DNA from: Candidatus Micrarchaeota archaeon | Lineage (GTDB): Archaea; Micrarchaeota; Micrarchaeia; Micrarchaeales; CABMGC01 | Length of the DNA: 57,650 nucleotides | NCBI GenBank assembly: GCA_021817125.1 | Contig: JAKAWC010000003.1 | Coordinates: 1 to 57,650, forward strand | Direction of reading: 5' to 3' | Part shown: piece after piece, positions 1 through 8,739 of the stretch | Numbering within the stretch: position 1 is the first letter of the stretch | How the letters are laid out: each line of letters starts with the position of its first letter | Program-made: the position numbers and the translations under genes | The notes under the pieces: generated by a model | Databases searched by the model: none | Told to the model about the DNA's origin: nothing | Seen by the model: only the letters and a program-made list of their open reading frames with translations

Positions 1-1
1 C

Positions 2-103
2 TTTTATGAAAGGATAGTTACACCGTTCGGCAATTCTGCCAAAGTTGACTCAAATAGAAAATATATCGGTAGACGAGCGTACGTAATTATACTAAAACGA
101 TAA
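2..103 (+). CDS. 3' end of small DUF2080-like (transposon-associated) protein, truncated by window edge
   Basis: Manual translation FYERIVTPFGNSAKVDSNRKYIGRRAYVIILKR* matches the V-T-P-F-G-N-S-A...K-Y-I-G-x-R-A-Y-V-I-I pattern; AT-rich. Confidence 0.55.
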   Translation, partial: FYERIVTPFGNSAKVDSNRKYIGRRAYVIILKR

Positions 104-269
104 TATTTGACTTATGTCCCAATCCCGAATTAGTGGACCCGCCTCGATTCCACAAAAATAGGGCATATCCGCCGATATGCAGTCGATATAGACTTAATTT
201 GATGAAAAGATATATAAGACTTTAAGCGAAAGTCCATATGACCAGTAACGGATTTTCGCCCGCGGTACC

Positions 270-782
270 ATGGAACAGATACTAATACCCCATAAGAGGT
301 CAAAGATACTGCTAGAGGACAAGAAGCTCGTCGCCGACCTAAAGAAGAGACTGAAGTGCGGCGTCAGTGTCGAGGATGAGAATCAGGTAGTGCTAGACGG
401 GGACCCGTTCGATGAATACACTGCCAAGACAGTGATCCAGGCGTTTGGCAGGGGCTTCGACCTGCAGAAGGCATACAAGCTGCTTCAGGACGAGTATTTC
501 TTCAAGTCGATAGACCTGAAGCAGTTCTTTAAGACCAAGGATCAGATCCATCGTGTGGAAGCCAGGATAATAGGCCGCGAGGGGAAGACCAAAGAGTACA
601 TAGAGACTGTCAGCGGAACCGACGTTTCCATCTTTGGCAATTCCGTGAGCATAATCGGCACATTGGAGCAGATGAAGGTAGCAGAAGCGGCACTCCAGGT
701 ACTTCTTGATGGAGGAACCCATAAAAAGGCTTACAGGGTAATGGAAGGCGCAAGGCGAAGGCTGAGAGGGGCGTTGAGGTAG
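270..782 (+). CDS. KH-domain RNA-processing protein (archaeal Dim2/Pno1/Krr1 family)
   Basis: AFGRGF and RIIGREGKTK (GxxG) motifs, C-terminal GxxHxxAY; typical position upstream of top6B. Confidence 0.9.
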   Translation: MEQILIPHKRSKILLEDKKLVADLKKRLKCGVSVEDENQVVLDGDPFDEYTAKTVIQAFGRGFDLQKAYKLLQDEYFFKSIDLKQFFKTKDQIHRVEARIIGREGKTKEYIETVSGTDVSIFGNSVSIIGTLEQMKVAEAALQVLLDGGTHKKAYRVMEGARRRLRGALR

Positions 783-2408
783 ATGGCAGCGACAAGCGTA
801 GCGGACGAGATATTTAAGGAGTTTAAGGAGCACTCGATATCAGAGTTCTTCAGGAAGAACAGCCAGATGCTGGGCTACGCCGGCAAGGTAAGGTCACTCA
901 CAACCATAATCCACGAGTACGTGACGAACGGCCTCGATGCGTGCGAAGAGGCAGGCATACTGCCAGACCTAAATGTGGAGCTGAAGGAGATCGGGGAGAA
1001 CAAATACTCGATAAAGGTCAGCGACAACGGCCCAGGCATACCTCAGACACACGTGGGGAAGGCACTCGCATCGGTCCTGTCCGGCACCAAGTTCCATCGA
1101 TACATGCAGCAGAGAGGGCAACAGGGAATCGGCGCTGCAGGATGCACTCTCTTCGCGAAGATAACGACAGGCAAGCCGATACACGTGAGGTCCAGCACCG
1201 GCAAGCAGGCGTTCGAGTGCGACATAACCATAGACATCAAGTCCAACAAGCCGCTATTGACGAACGTCCTGAAGATCGATGCCGATTTCAGGGGCGTCGA
1301 GATAACCGGAGAGTTCGGCGAGGTTAAATATGAGCAGAGCGACCACGGGGTGCTAGAGTATCTGCGAAGGACGGCGCTCTCGAACCCGCATTGCAGCATA
1401 CGCCTGCTCGCGCCGGATGGGCAAGAATCGATATTCCCAAGGTCTGCCGCAGAGATGCCAAAGCGTCCGCGCCAGATCAAGCCCCACCCTCTCGGAATAA
1501 ACACGAACGACCTTGTGGAGTTCGCGCACAAGTCCACTGTGAGCAGGAAAGTCTCCTCTTTCATGATAGACACCTTCTCAAGAGTCACCCAGAACAAGAT
1601 AGATGAGCTGAGGACAGCTGCCCCGGACGTAAACTTTGACAAGAATCCCGCAGAGCTCACCTGGGACGAGGCTGAGAAGATAGTGAAGGCGATCAAGCAG
1701 ATCAAGTGGATAGCGCCCGACTTGGATTCGATGTCGACAATCGGCGAGAAGCAGATAGAGGCGGCGATAAAGAACATACTCAGTCCAACTTTCCTGAGCG
1801 TAGTCGAACGGAAGCCGCGCGTCTTCCGCGGCGGGATACCATTCGTGGTCGAAGCGGGAATCGCATACGGCGGCTCGGCCGGCAAATCAAGCGGTCAGTT
1901 CGTAGAGGGAAACATACTCCGGTTCGGGAATAAGGTCCCTCTCCTGTTCGACAGCTCGGTGTGTGCAATCACCGAGGCGGTGAAGAACATAGATTGGAAG
2001 AGGTACGCCATCCAGAAGTTCGATGAGGAGCCTGTAAGTGTCATGGTGAACGTCTCGTCAGTTTACATTCCGTACTCCGGGGTTGGCAAGCAGGCCATCT
2101 CGCAGGAGGATGAGATAATAGAGGAGATAAAACTCGCGGTCCAGGAGGCCGGCAGGAATCTGCAGCGTTACCTGCACGGCATGAAGTCGAGATCCATACA
2201 GGAGACCAGGTACAAGACCATAATGCGATATGTCGACCAGCTATCGGCTGACCTGAGCGAGATAACCGGAGAGAAGAAAGAGGCGATTGAGGTAAAGCTC
2301 AAGGCGCTCATAGAGGGAAAGTACAAGAAACTGTTCGAAGCCCCTCCCGCGCTGGATGAAAGCGACGACAAAGGGGTCCAGAAGGTCGACAGCGAGTCAG
2401 ACGATTAG
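783..2408 (+). CDS. top6B: DNA topoisomerase VI subunit B
   Basis: GHKL motifs EYVTNGLDACE, DNGPGI, RGQQGIG; GIPFVVEAGIAYGG and RFGNKVPLLFD. Confidence 0.97.
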   Translation: MAATSVADEIFKEFKEHSISEFFRKNSQMLGYAGKVRSLTTIIHEYVTNGLDACEEAGILPDLNVELKEIGENKYSIKVSDNGPGIPQTHVGKALASVLSGTKFHRYMQQRGQQGIGAAGCTLFAKITTGKPIHVRSSTGKQAFECDITIDIKSNKPLLTNVLKIDADFRGVEITGEFGEVKYEQSDHGVLEYLRRTALSNPHCSIRLLAPDGQESIFPRSAAEMPKRPRQIKPHPLGINTNDLVEFAHKSTVSRKVSSFMIDTFSRVTQNKIDELRTAAPDVNFDKNPAELTWDEAEKIVKAIKQIKWIAPDLDSMSTIGEKQIEAAIKNILSPTFLSVVERKPRVFRGGIPFVVEAGIAYGGSAGKSSGQFVEGNILRFGNKVPLLFDSSVCAITEAVKNIDWKRYAIQKFDEEPVSVMVNVSSVYIPYSGVGKQAISQEDEIIEEIKLAVQEAGRNLQRYLHGMKSRSIQETRYKTIMRYVDQLSADLSEITGEKKEAIEVKLKALIEGKYKKLFEAPPALDESDDKGVQKVDSESDD

Positions 2409-4739
2409 CTGGTCAAGGTGCTCCGCATCGATAAGCCTGATGTAGCTGTAAGCAATCCCTGTCTTCAGCACCTCGGCTTGCTCTCCGTAGGATGCATAAA
2501 GCCGGTCCATGAATGCCAGCCTCGCCTCCTCGTTTATGAAGACGACGAATATCCGTGAGTCGTCAGTCACTTTCATCTCCTTCAGCTTTGAGCCGCGTGA
2601 GTATATGTAGACAAGGCTCTGCGACCCGGACTTGGTGACCTGCATGTCGCAGGTGGCATTAGTGTCAAGGTCAGTGAATAAGGTTGCATGGGAGACGCAG
2701 TAGTCCCTGAGCTTCCTGAAGACCACCAGGTATTCGATGTCGTGCTTCGAGTCGTCCATCCACTTCTTCGGCGCATAGTAATCCATCGAGGTCACGAGCA
2801 TGCCCTTCGCAACCAAGACGCTCATGACGTTGACGGTGTTCTGCAGTGTTATCGCAATCGGGACATTGTTGACGCGGACGTTATTGCTTATCCCCGCCTT
2901 GACTTCCTCAGCGGTAAGAGGCATGTACCTCCACCTGTAATAGAAATTGACCTTGTCGAACACGCCAAGCACGATATCCGCGCCGATGCTGACCGGCGTC
3001 TTCTTCACCGGGGGCAGCGTGGGGACATCTATGTAATAATCATCGCGGTTCGGAGGCTGCAGTATGATGTTCAACAGGATTATCACGACAGCTGCGATGG
3101 CGAACTCTATGTATATCGGCTGTATGTAGAATGATGGAGAGGGGTAAGGGTAGTTAGCCACGATATTTGAGCCGAACACGCCGAGTGTGAACTGCTGGTT
3201 ACCATAGCTTACCAGAGATCCCTTTGGCAGGTCATAAACCACTGTGCCGTCTGTGATCGTACCCTGCTGGGGGTACTCCCCGTTAAGGCTGAGCGTGTAG
3301 CTGGTGTTGCCTATGGGCAGGCCAAGGCTGGTCAGCTGGAACGCGAACGTGCCATTGTTGAAGCTCAGGTAGAGTGGCGTGATTGTCGTGTTCGCTATGT
3401 CGAATAGCGCCCCGGAGTAGAACCTGTCGTTAAAGTCGCGCAGCATCAAGATATGGTAGCCGCCGGTCAGGTAGAACGTCTCTATCTTTTCTATTCCTGC
3501 CGAGCTGTTGAACGAGGAGACGGGTATACTGCCCAGGTACGTGAAGTTGCTGTCGTATATGTCTATGTGGGGAGACTGCAGCGTCGGAGTTCGGAGGTTG
3601 ACCTCAAGGGATATCGGGACCGCCTGGGTTTGGCCCACCTGCGGCGTAATGGCCACAGTGCCATTCGGCAGGTACGATGCGGAAAACTCGATGTTCTTTC
3701 CGAGAAAACCTGTAGCGTTATGCAGTTTTACGTTGAGCAGGGAGTAAACATTCCCCAGCGAGCTCCCAAGGAATGGCTGCCCCACCGTAAACTCGTCATA
3801 TACTCCCGATCTTTTCGCCATCGAGAAGTTCAGTACCGACCTCCCGTATGCGATAGGCGTCATCCAGAAGCGCGCGTCTATTGCTGCCGCTATGTCGCTG
3901 GCCATCTGGGCGCTGGTGCTCCAGGCAGATGTAGGATAGTTCGTAAACGCCACAACGGTCCCATTCCCTGCAGTCGCATAGGGTATTGGCCCGTACAAGG
4001 AACCTTGGGCGAACTCGAATGTGCGTGCTGAAGAGTTAAAGAAGAGCGGTATGCCGGCAGGGGTAAATGTGCTCTTCGCCGATATCTGTCCCTGCGTGAG
4101 ACCCAGGCCCTGGATCGCCGCGGTCGTCTGCGGAGAGTTTATGGTTATCTGCCCCGCCGAGCTGACAGAGTCGCTGAAGTTGCGCCCCACATATATAATC
4201 GTATCTCCATTCGCCAGCAGGTTGGCGATGGTGAATGTGCTCCCGGCCGCTCCTGGCGTGACTGCAAGCGGTAACAGACCTGTCGGCATGACTATCACCG
4301 AGTCTCTCGGCAGCCCTTGCAGGCCGCTGAGCTGTACTGTCTGCATGCTCGTAACGTTGATTATCAGGCCGTACTCCGTTAGTGCATTCTGCAGGGCGGT
4401 CCTAACTGTAGGGAATGGGAAACAGTTGAGGCACGCCTGACTCGCATTGACCAGATAGATGTTCACTATTGGCTTCTCCTGGTAGACCGTAAGCGAGACA
4501 TTCGCATAAGTGCCGTTGCTGAAATTGTACGCCATCAGCGCGTACTCGACCAGGCTCTGCGCGTTGCTGTATGTCAGGAACCCGTCCTGCTTCAGCGAGA
4601 TGGACGCCCCGAGCGCGCCGGGGGCTGCGGCGCCTGGCGTTATGATATGGGGCAGCTCACTCTTCACATAAAGGCTAAGCACACCTATCGCAATGACGAA
4701 CGCGATGACGCCGAGTAACAGCAAATATTTCTTTTGCAT
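2397..4739 (-). CDS. Large membrane protein: N-terminal anchor, ~510-aa extracellular domain, second TM, ~220-aa cytoplasmic domain; last gene of T4SS-like cluster
   Basis: 780-aa ORF; hydrophobic N-terminus, many N-x-S/T sequons, TM IEFAIAAVVIILLNIIL, charged C-terminal domain. Confidence 0.8.
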   Translation of the reverse strand: MQKKYLLLLGVIAFVIAIGVLSLYVKSELPHIITPGAAAPGALGASISLKQDGFLTYSNAQSLVEYALMAYNFSNGTYANVSLTVYQEKPIVNIYLVNASQACLNCFPFPTVRTALQNALTEYGLIINVTSMQTVQLSGLQGLPRDSVIVMPTGLLPLAVTPGAAGSTFTIANLLANGDTIIYVGRNFSDSVSSAGQITINSPQTTAAIQGLGLTQGQISAKSTFTPAGIPLFFNSSARTFEFAQGSLYGPIPYATAGNGTVVAFTNYPTSAWSTSAQMASDIAAAIDARFWMTPIAYGRSVLNFSMAKRSGVYDEFTVGQPFLGSSLGNVYSLLNVKLHNATGFLGKNIEFSASYLPNGTVAITPQVGQTQAVPISLEVNLRTPTLQSPHIDIYDSNFTYLGSIPVSSFNSSAGIEKIETFYLTGGYHILMLRDFNDRFYSGALFDIANTTITPLYLSFNNGTFAFQLTSLGLPIGNTSYTLSLNGEYPQQGTITDGTVVYDLPKGSLVSYGNQQFTLGVFGSNIVANYPYPSPSFYIQPIYIEFAIAAVVIILLNIILQPPNRDDYYIDVPTLPPVKKTPVSIGADIVLGVFDKVNFYYRWRYMPLTAEEVKAGISNNVRVNNVPIAITLQNTVNVMSVLVAKGMLVTSMDYYAPKKWMDDSKHDIEYLVVFRKLRDYCVSHATLFTDLDTNATCDMQVTKSGSQSLVYIYSRGSKLKEMKVTDDSRIFVVFINEEARLAFMDRLYASYGEQAEVLKTGIAYSYIRLIDAEHLDQLIV

Positions 4740-4757
4740 TTCAGATCCTCTACTGCG

Positions 4758-4907
4758 CTAAATGCCAGTCTTCCTCTTTGCCACGTATTTGTCGATGAAT
4801 TTTGCCACGGCTTTGGACAGGGCGTTGGTGTTGTCATGGATTCTCTTGTTTATCTTCACTACCTTTACGTACTTGAACCGCTTGTTTACTCGGAGGGTGT
4901 ATCTCAT
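4758..4907 (-). CDS. Small highly basic protein (49 aa), below the ORF-track cutoff
   Basis: MRYTLRVNKRFKYVKVVKINKRIHDNTNALSKAVAKFIDKYVAKRKTGI*; fills the gap between two co-oriented genes. Confidence 0.6.
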   Translation of the reverse strand: MRYTLRVNKRFKYVKVVKINKRIHDNTNALSKAVAKFIDKYVAKRKTGI

Positions 4908-4915
4908 CCAAACGC

Positions 4916-5647
4916 CTAGCTCTTTACCTCAACGTAGCCCATAGACACCATCTTGTCGAGGACCTGCTCAACTCTTGGGGGAGGTATCTTGTAAGCCTGT
5001 GCGAACTCGTTGATGTCTATGGCGTTGTTGTGGACCTCGACCCAGTCCTCGATCATCGCCATCAGGCTGTCGTCGGAATACGTCTGCAGGGTCTTGAGCT
5101 GGGAATCGATGGCCTTGTTCTGCTCGCTCAGCTGTGCGGTCTGTATCGTGAGGTTCCTATTCGCCGCGGAGAGCTCCAGGGCAAGTCTCTTAAGCTCCCT
5201 GTAATCGTTGAGCAGTGCGTCGTACTTGTTGTACAGCTGGTTGGCGTTCTGCGATAGCGATGTCAGCACATTGTCTATTACCGAGTCTATGTACTGGTAG
5301 AACTTCTCTTCGTCTATCCTGAACGACTCCGAGACAATCGCGAGTATTCCAGCGACGCTCTTGAGCACATACGCTCTTCTCATCTTGTCGCTCGTGTCCG
5401 GGGCTATGGAGTAGGTCACCTTTATGCCATCGGACTTGAATGCCACTATGTAGAACAGGTACGGTTTCTTGTGGATGTTCCTACTCTCAACGCGTACCAC
5501 TGTCAGCTCGCCAGTGTCCATCTTGACAGCATAGAAAGGCATGGCAGATACCTTTTTCTTTACCTCCTCGAGCGTGCCGATCAATTGTCCGGAGAAAGCG
5601 ATCTCTTCGACGCGTGGGACCAGCTCCGCAGGTTCATCTGGCATCAA
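4916..5647 (-). CDS. Hypothetical protein with coiled coil and C-terminal winged-helix-like domain
   Basis: Heptad-rich segment LYNKYDALLNDYRELKRLALEL...LKTLQ; C-terminus IDINEFAQAYKIPPPRVEQVLDKMVSMGYVEV. Confidence 0.75.
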   Translation of the reverse strand: MMPDEPAELVPRVEEIAFSGQLIGTLEEVKKKVSAMPFYAVKMDTGELTVVRVESRNIHKKPYLFYIVAFKSDGIKVTYSIAPDTSDKMRRAYVLKSVAGILAIVSESFRIDEEKFYQYIDSVIDNVLTSLSQNANQLYNKYDALLNDYRELKRLALELSAANRNLTIQTAQLSEQNKAIDSQLKTLQTYSDDSLMAMIEDWVEVHNNAIDINEFAQAYKIPPPRVEQVLDKMVSMGYVEVKS

Positions 5648-5694
5648 TTATCCCTCGTTATAACTCGATTGTTAAGCTATATATTCTTTTGCCA

Positions 5695-6057
5695 TCACTT
5701 CCGAGAGCGAATCGACTTATTTCCGGTGTCGAGCCTTGGCATGTAAGAGAGCAATGAGAGCAGGTACAGGAAGATTATAAGGGCAGCTGCGGCCACGAGT
5801 GTTCCGAGCCTTGGCGATACCACGAGAGAGACTATGGCGAACACCAATCCGAGTCCGACATAAAGTATCCTCCTGGTCTCAAATCTGCCGCGCTGCTTCT
5901 TATATTTCAGGTAGCAATCCTTGCACACCACCAGTTTGTTGCCCTGTTCGTTCTTGGTCACGTTGGTCTTGAACCAGCGTATCACATCCAGGACGTGGTC
6001 GCCCATTACTGGAAGGCCGTCCCTCCTGTTTCCGCATACTATACAATATGTAGCCAT
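5695..6057 (-). CDS. Putative Zn-binding (CxxC...CxxC) protein with two C-terminal TM helices
   Basis: CIVC and CKDC motifs followed by two hydrophobic helices. Confidence 0.75.
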   Translation of the reverse strand: MATYCIVCGNRRDGLPVMGDHVLDVIRWFKTNVTKNEQGNKLVVCKDCYLKYKKQRGRFETRRILYVGLGLVFAIVSLVVSPRLGTLVAAAALIIFLYLLSLLSYMPRLDTGNKSIRSRK

Positions 6058-6062
6058 ACAAT

Positions 6063-6359
6063 CTACTCTATCCTAAGCTCCACAATCTTTCCGAAAGTGC
6101 TGTTTATCTTCTCCTCATCGAGCGTGTTGAACAGGTCGGTTATCGTGACGTCGTCTATGCCTATCCTCCTGAGCACGTTCGTCACGTCCTGCTGCTTGAG
6201 CCCCGCCTTGGTGAGCAGTCCTGCGAATGTGACTGCGTTGACGTGCCTGTGCATCTTGTCGAGCTGCAGCAGAAGCCCCTCGATAGAGCTCTCTCCCAGT
6301 CCAAGGTTTGACAGCATCCTCTTGAGGTCAAGCTTGTTAACTATAAATGTCGCTCCCAT
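6063..6359 (-). CDS. Small helical protein paralogous to the C-terminal domain of the upstream ATPase
   Basis: Likely start MGATFIVNKLDL at 6359, 2 nt after the ATPase stop; aligns with the ATPase C-tail. Confidence 0.75.
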   Translation of the reverse strand: MGATFIVNKLDLKRMLSNLGLGESSIEGLLLQLDKMHRHVNAVTFAGLLTKAGLKQQDVTNVLRRIGIDDVTITDLFNTLDEEKINSTFGKIVELRIE

Positions 6360-6361
6360 GG

Positions 6362-7873
6362 TCAGGTCACCCCGGAGTACATGAATATCCTGGTTATTAT
6401 CGTGTCTGGGAAGTGCATGCTCCTGAAGAAGGCGACCACCGCGTCCTTGCTGCACCCCTCGCCGGTCATGATCTGTGCCATACCCCTGGCGTCGACAAGC
6501 CTGTTCCTGGCTCCGAGCTGCTTGTATATCCTCTCCACCACGTCCGATGCGATGTTGGCCTCGACGAACTTGTTATTCAGGTCTATTTTCTCCAGGTAAT
6601 ACTCCTTCTGTATGGTCGCGTCGCCGAGCTCATCCTGGTTCAGCAGGTCGCCTACAGTCACCGTATAAACGTCGAGAGGTATCTCCCCTATTATCCTGTC
6701 AACGATGAACGTCTCCGGGAACTGCACGCTCGTCTGGAACGACATCTCCACGGCAGCCTGCCCGACCCCGAACCTGCTTATCTCCTTTCGTATGAAGTCT
6801 GAGAAGTTTATCGAGCTCTGCAGATAATTCATGAACTTCTCGAACTTCACCCTTAGCATTATGGTCGTGCCGACGTTCGAGAATATCGCCTCGTTTATGT
6901 CCGTGGGGTTCTGCGACGCCACGATGAGCCCGAACTGGTACTTCCTTCCCTCCCTGACTATCATGATGGCGTCGCTCCTCTCGTCATTAGCTATCTTCCA
7001 CGCCTCGTCGAGCACGACTATGGCCTTGAGCCCCTTCGATGCACTCCAGCCCTCCATCCTCATCTTCTCCTTCAGCGACTGCAGCACGAACAGGGCCGCG
7101 AGTGCCCGGAACTTCTCGTCCGGCAGGGCGGACAGGTCAAGGTCGACCAGACCCGATGACGCAAGTTTGCCCAGGTCTATCGACGACTTCCTTGCGAAGT
7201 AGTCCTCCCCCTCCCTGGCGAACTGTCTCAGCCTGTAAACCGCGTTCTCCAGTTCTGCAGGATACTCGTAAGTCCCCTCCTGGACCTTCTCCTCCAGGAG
7301 CGTGATGACATCCTTGAGCGTCGGTGCCTCTCTCTTTGGGTCGGGGACAGCTGCAAGGTTGAAGCCATGGTTCAGATACGTCTGTTCGATCGCCTCTATG
7401 GTGAGCCTCTTCTGTTCTGGGTAGTCTGATATGTCCGTGAGTATCTCCAGTGATGTCAGTATCTGCTTCGCCCTGTCTAACGGCTTCATTCCGGAAAGGT
7501 CCATGACATTGAGATAATCCCCCTTCGCCAACGCGACGACAGTGCCGCCACTCTGCTTCACCCAGTCTCTGTATTCTCCTGCCCAGTCTATTATTATGGC
7601 GTTGGTGTTCCAGATGTAGCTGGCGCGGATCAGAAACGTCTTGACCAGGAACGACTTTCCAGCTCCAGATATTCCGACTATCGCAATGTGCGGGTTCGTC
7701 AGCCCGGAGAACGTCCACGTGAAAGGCACGCCGAACCTCTTGGTTATGCCTATCATTATCGAGTCGGTGGGGTCGTTGAGCAGGAACTCCGGCGGCGGCT
7801 CCGGGGGCCGTGTGAGGAACACCCTCTTCGCCAACTCGTTTGACATTATGTTCTGGATCTTTACGAGGCTCAT
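6362..7873 (-). CDS. VirB4/CedB-like (FtsK-HerA superfamily) secretion ATPase
   Basis: NPHIAIVGISGAGKS (Walker A), IIDWAGEY, IVVLDEAW (Walker B), REGRKYQFGLIVASQNPTD. Confidence 0.88.
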   Translation of the reverse strand: MSLVKIQNIMSNELAKRVFLTRPPEPPPEFLLNDPTDSIMIGITKRFGVPFTWTFSGLTNPHIAIVGISGAGKSFLVKTFLIRASYIWNTNAIIIDWAGEYRDWVKQSGGTVVALAKGDYLNVMDLSGMKPLDRAKQILTSLEILTDISDYPEQKRLTIEAIEQTYLNHGFNLAAVPDPKREAPTLKDVITLLEEKVQEGTYEYPAELENAVYRLRQFAREGEDYFARKSSIDLGKLASSGLVDLDLSALPDEKFRALAALFVLQSLKEKMRMEGWSASKGLKAIVVLDEAWKIANDERSDAIMIVREGRKYQFGLIVASQNPTDINEAIFSNVGTTIMLRVKFEKFMNYLQSSINFSDFIRKEISRFGVGQAAVEMSFQTSVQFPETFIVDRIIGEIPLDVYTVTVGDLLNQDELGDATIQKEYYLEKIDLNNKFVEANIASDVVERIYKQLGARNRLVDARGMAQIMTGEGCSKDAVVAFFRSMHFPDTIITRIFMYSGVT

Positions 7874-7906
7874 GATTATACATCCATCTCGATTGTTAAA
7901 TACTCT

Positions 7907-8731
7907 TCACTTCTGCGTGTTAAACACCTTGCCGAGCCTACCCTTAGGCTCGAGCCTGTAGTTCAACGTGAACAGCTCATACATCTCACGTCCGACGACC
8001 CTTGTCGTGCTCAGGTCGAACGCGTTGAACGTGGTCTGGATCTGCGCTATCTGACTCGAAAGGTTGTCCAGCGCCTCCTTTTCGCTGACTCCCACTGCCA
8101 CCGTCTCTATGTACATGAGCGCGTTGACCGGTCTCTCCCCGGCAGATATCCGGTCTATTCTGGTCTGCAGGATATTGATTCTTCTCTGGAGGTCCTGTAT
8201 CGCCATCTGGCTGGGTTTTCCGCTCGACATCTCCTTGCCCAGTTGGAACTCAAGGAAGCCGCGCTTGCCTTCAAGCTCGTCCCGGAAGGACTGTACGTCC
8301 TGCGACATCGATATCAGGTGGAACTTGAACGGGAAGCGCACGCTCATCACCATCCTCTCCCAGATGTCTGGTGCATCCGCGAGCCTCTGCTCCTCATTCT
8401 CCTGCATTATCTCCGCCTCGAAGACGTACTTGTAAATGTTCGCCGTCACATAGCCTGTCGCATAGTATATTCCGCTTACATTCTTCAGCAGCGCGTTCTG
8501 GCTCTTGTTTATCGTATAGTTCTTCGCCGGAATCATCTTTATGTTGAGGAGCCCGGTCATCGCTGGAAATATGAGGTAGTCCACATATTCTATCGCAAGT
8601 ATCGCTGCCAGGGCGATCCCGGCGAGAGCGATGGCTATATCCTTAAAGCTGCCGTAGCTAGATGAGGTGAATATGACTATCAGTACCAACATGCTCGTAA
8701 TGGACAGGTACATTATCGATTCTTCGTCCAC
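7907..8731 (-). CDS. 2-TM membrane protein with cytoplasmic domain resembling VirB3/VirB4 N-terminal region; paralog of 8740-9591
   Basis: Two N-terminal TMs; YYATGYV, PFKFHLIS, YIETVAVGVSEKEA pattern shared with neighbour; GTG start. Confidence 0.7.
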   Translation of the reverse strand: MDEESIMYLSITSMLVLIVIFTSSSYGSFKDIAIALAGIALAAILAIEYVDYLIFPAMTGLLNIKMIPAKNYTINKSQNALLKNVSGIYYATGYVTANIYKYVFEAEIMQENEEQRLADAPDIWERMVMSVRFPFKFHLISMSQDVQSFRDELEGKRGFLEFQLGKEMSSGKPSQMAIQDLQRRINILQTRIDRISAGERPVNALMYIETVAVGVSEKEALDNLSSQIAQIQTTFNAFDLSTTRVVGREMYELFTLNYRLEPKGRLGKVFNTQK

Positions 8732-8739
8732 GTCTACAC

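Noticed and set aside
6362-7873. HerA DNA-repair helicase
   Set aside because: No N-terminal HAS barrel and no nurA/mre11/rad50 neighbours; the context is pilins and membrane proteins. Phylogeny is still needed to confirm.
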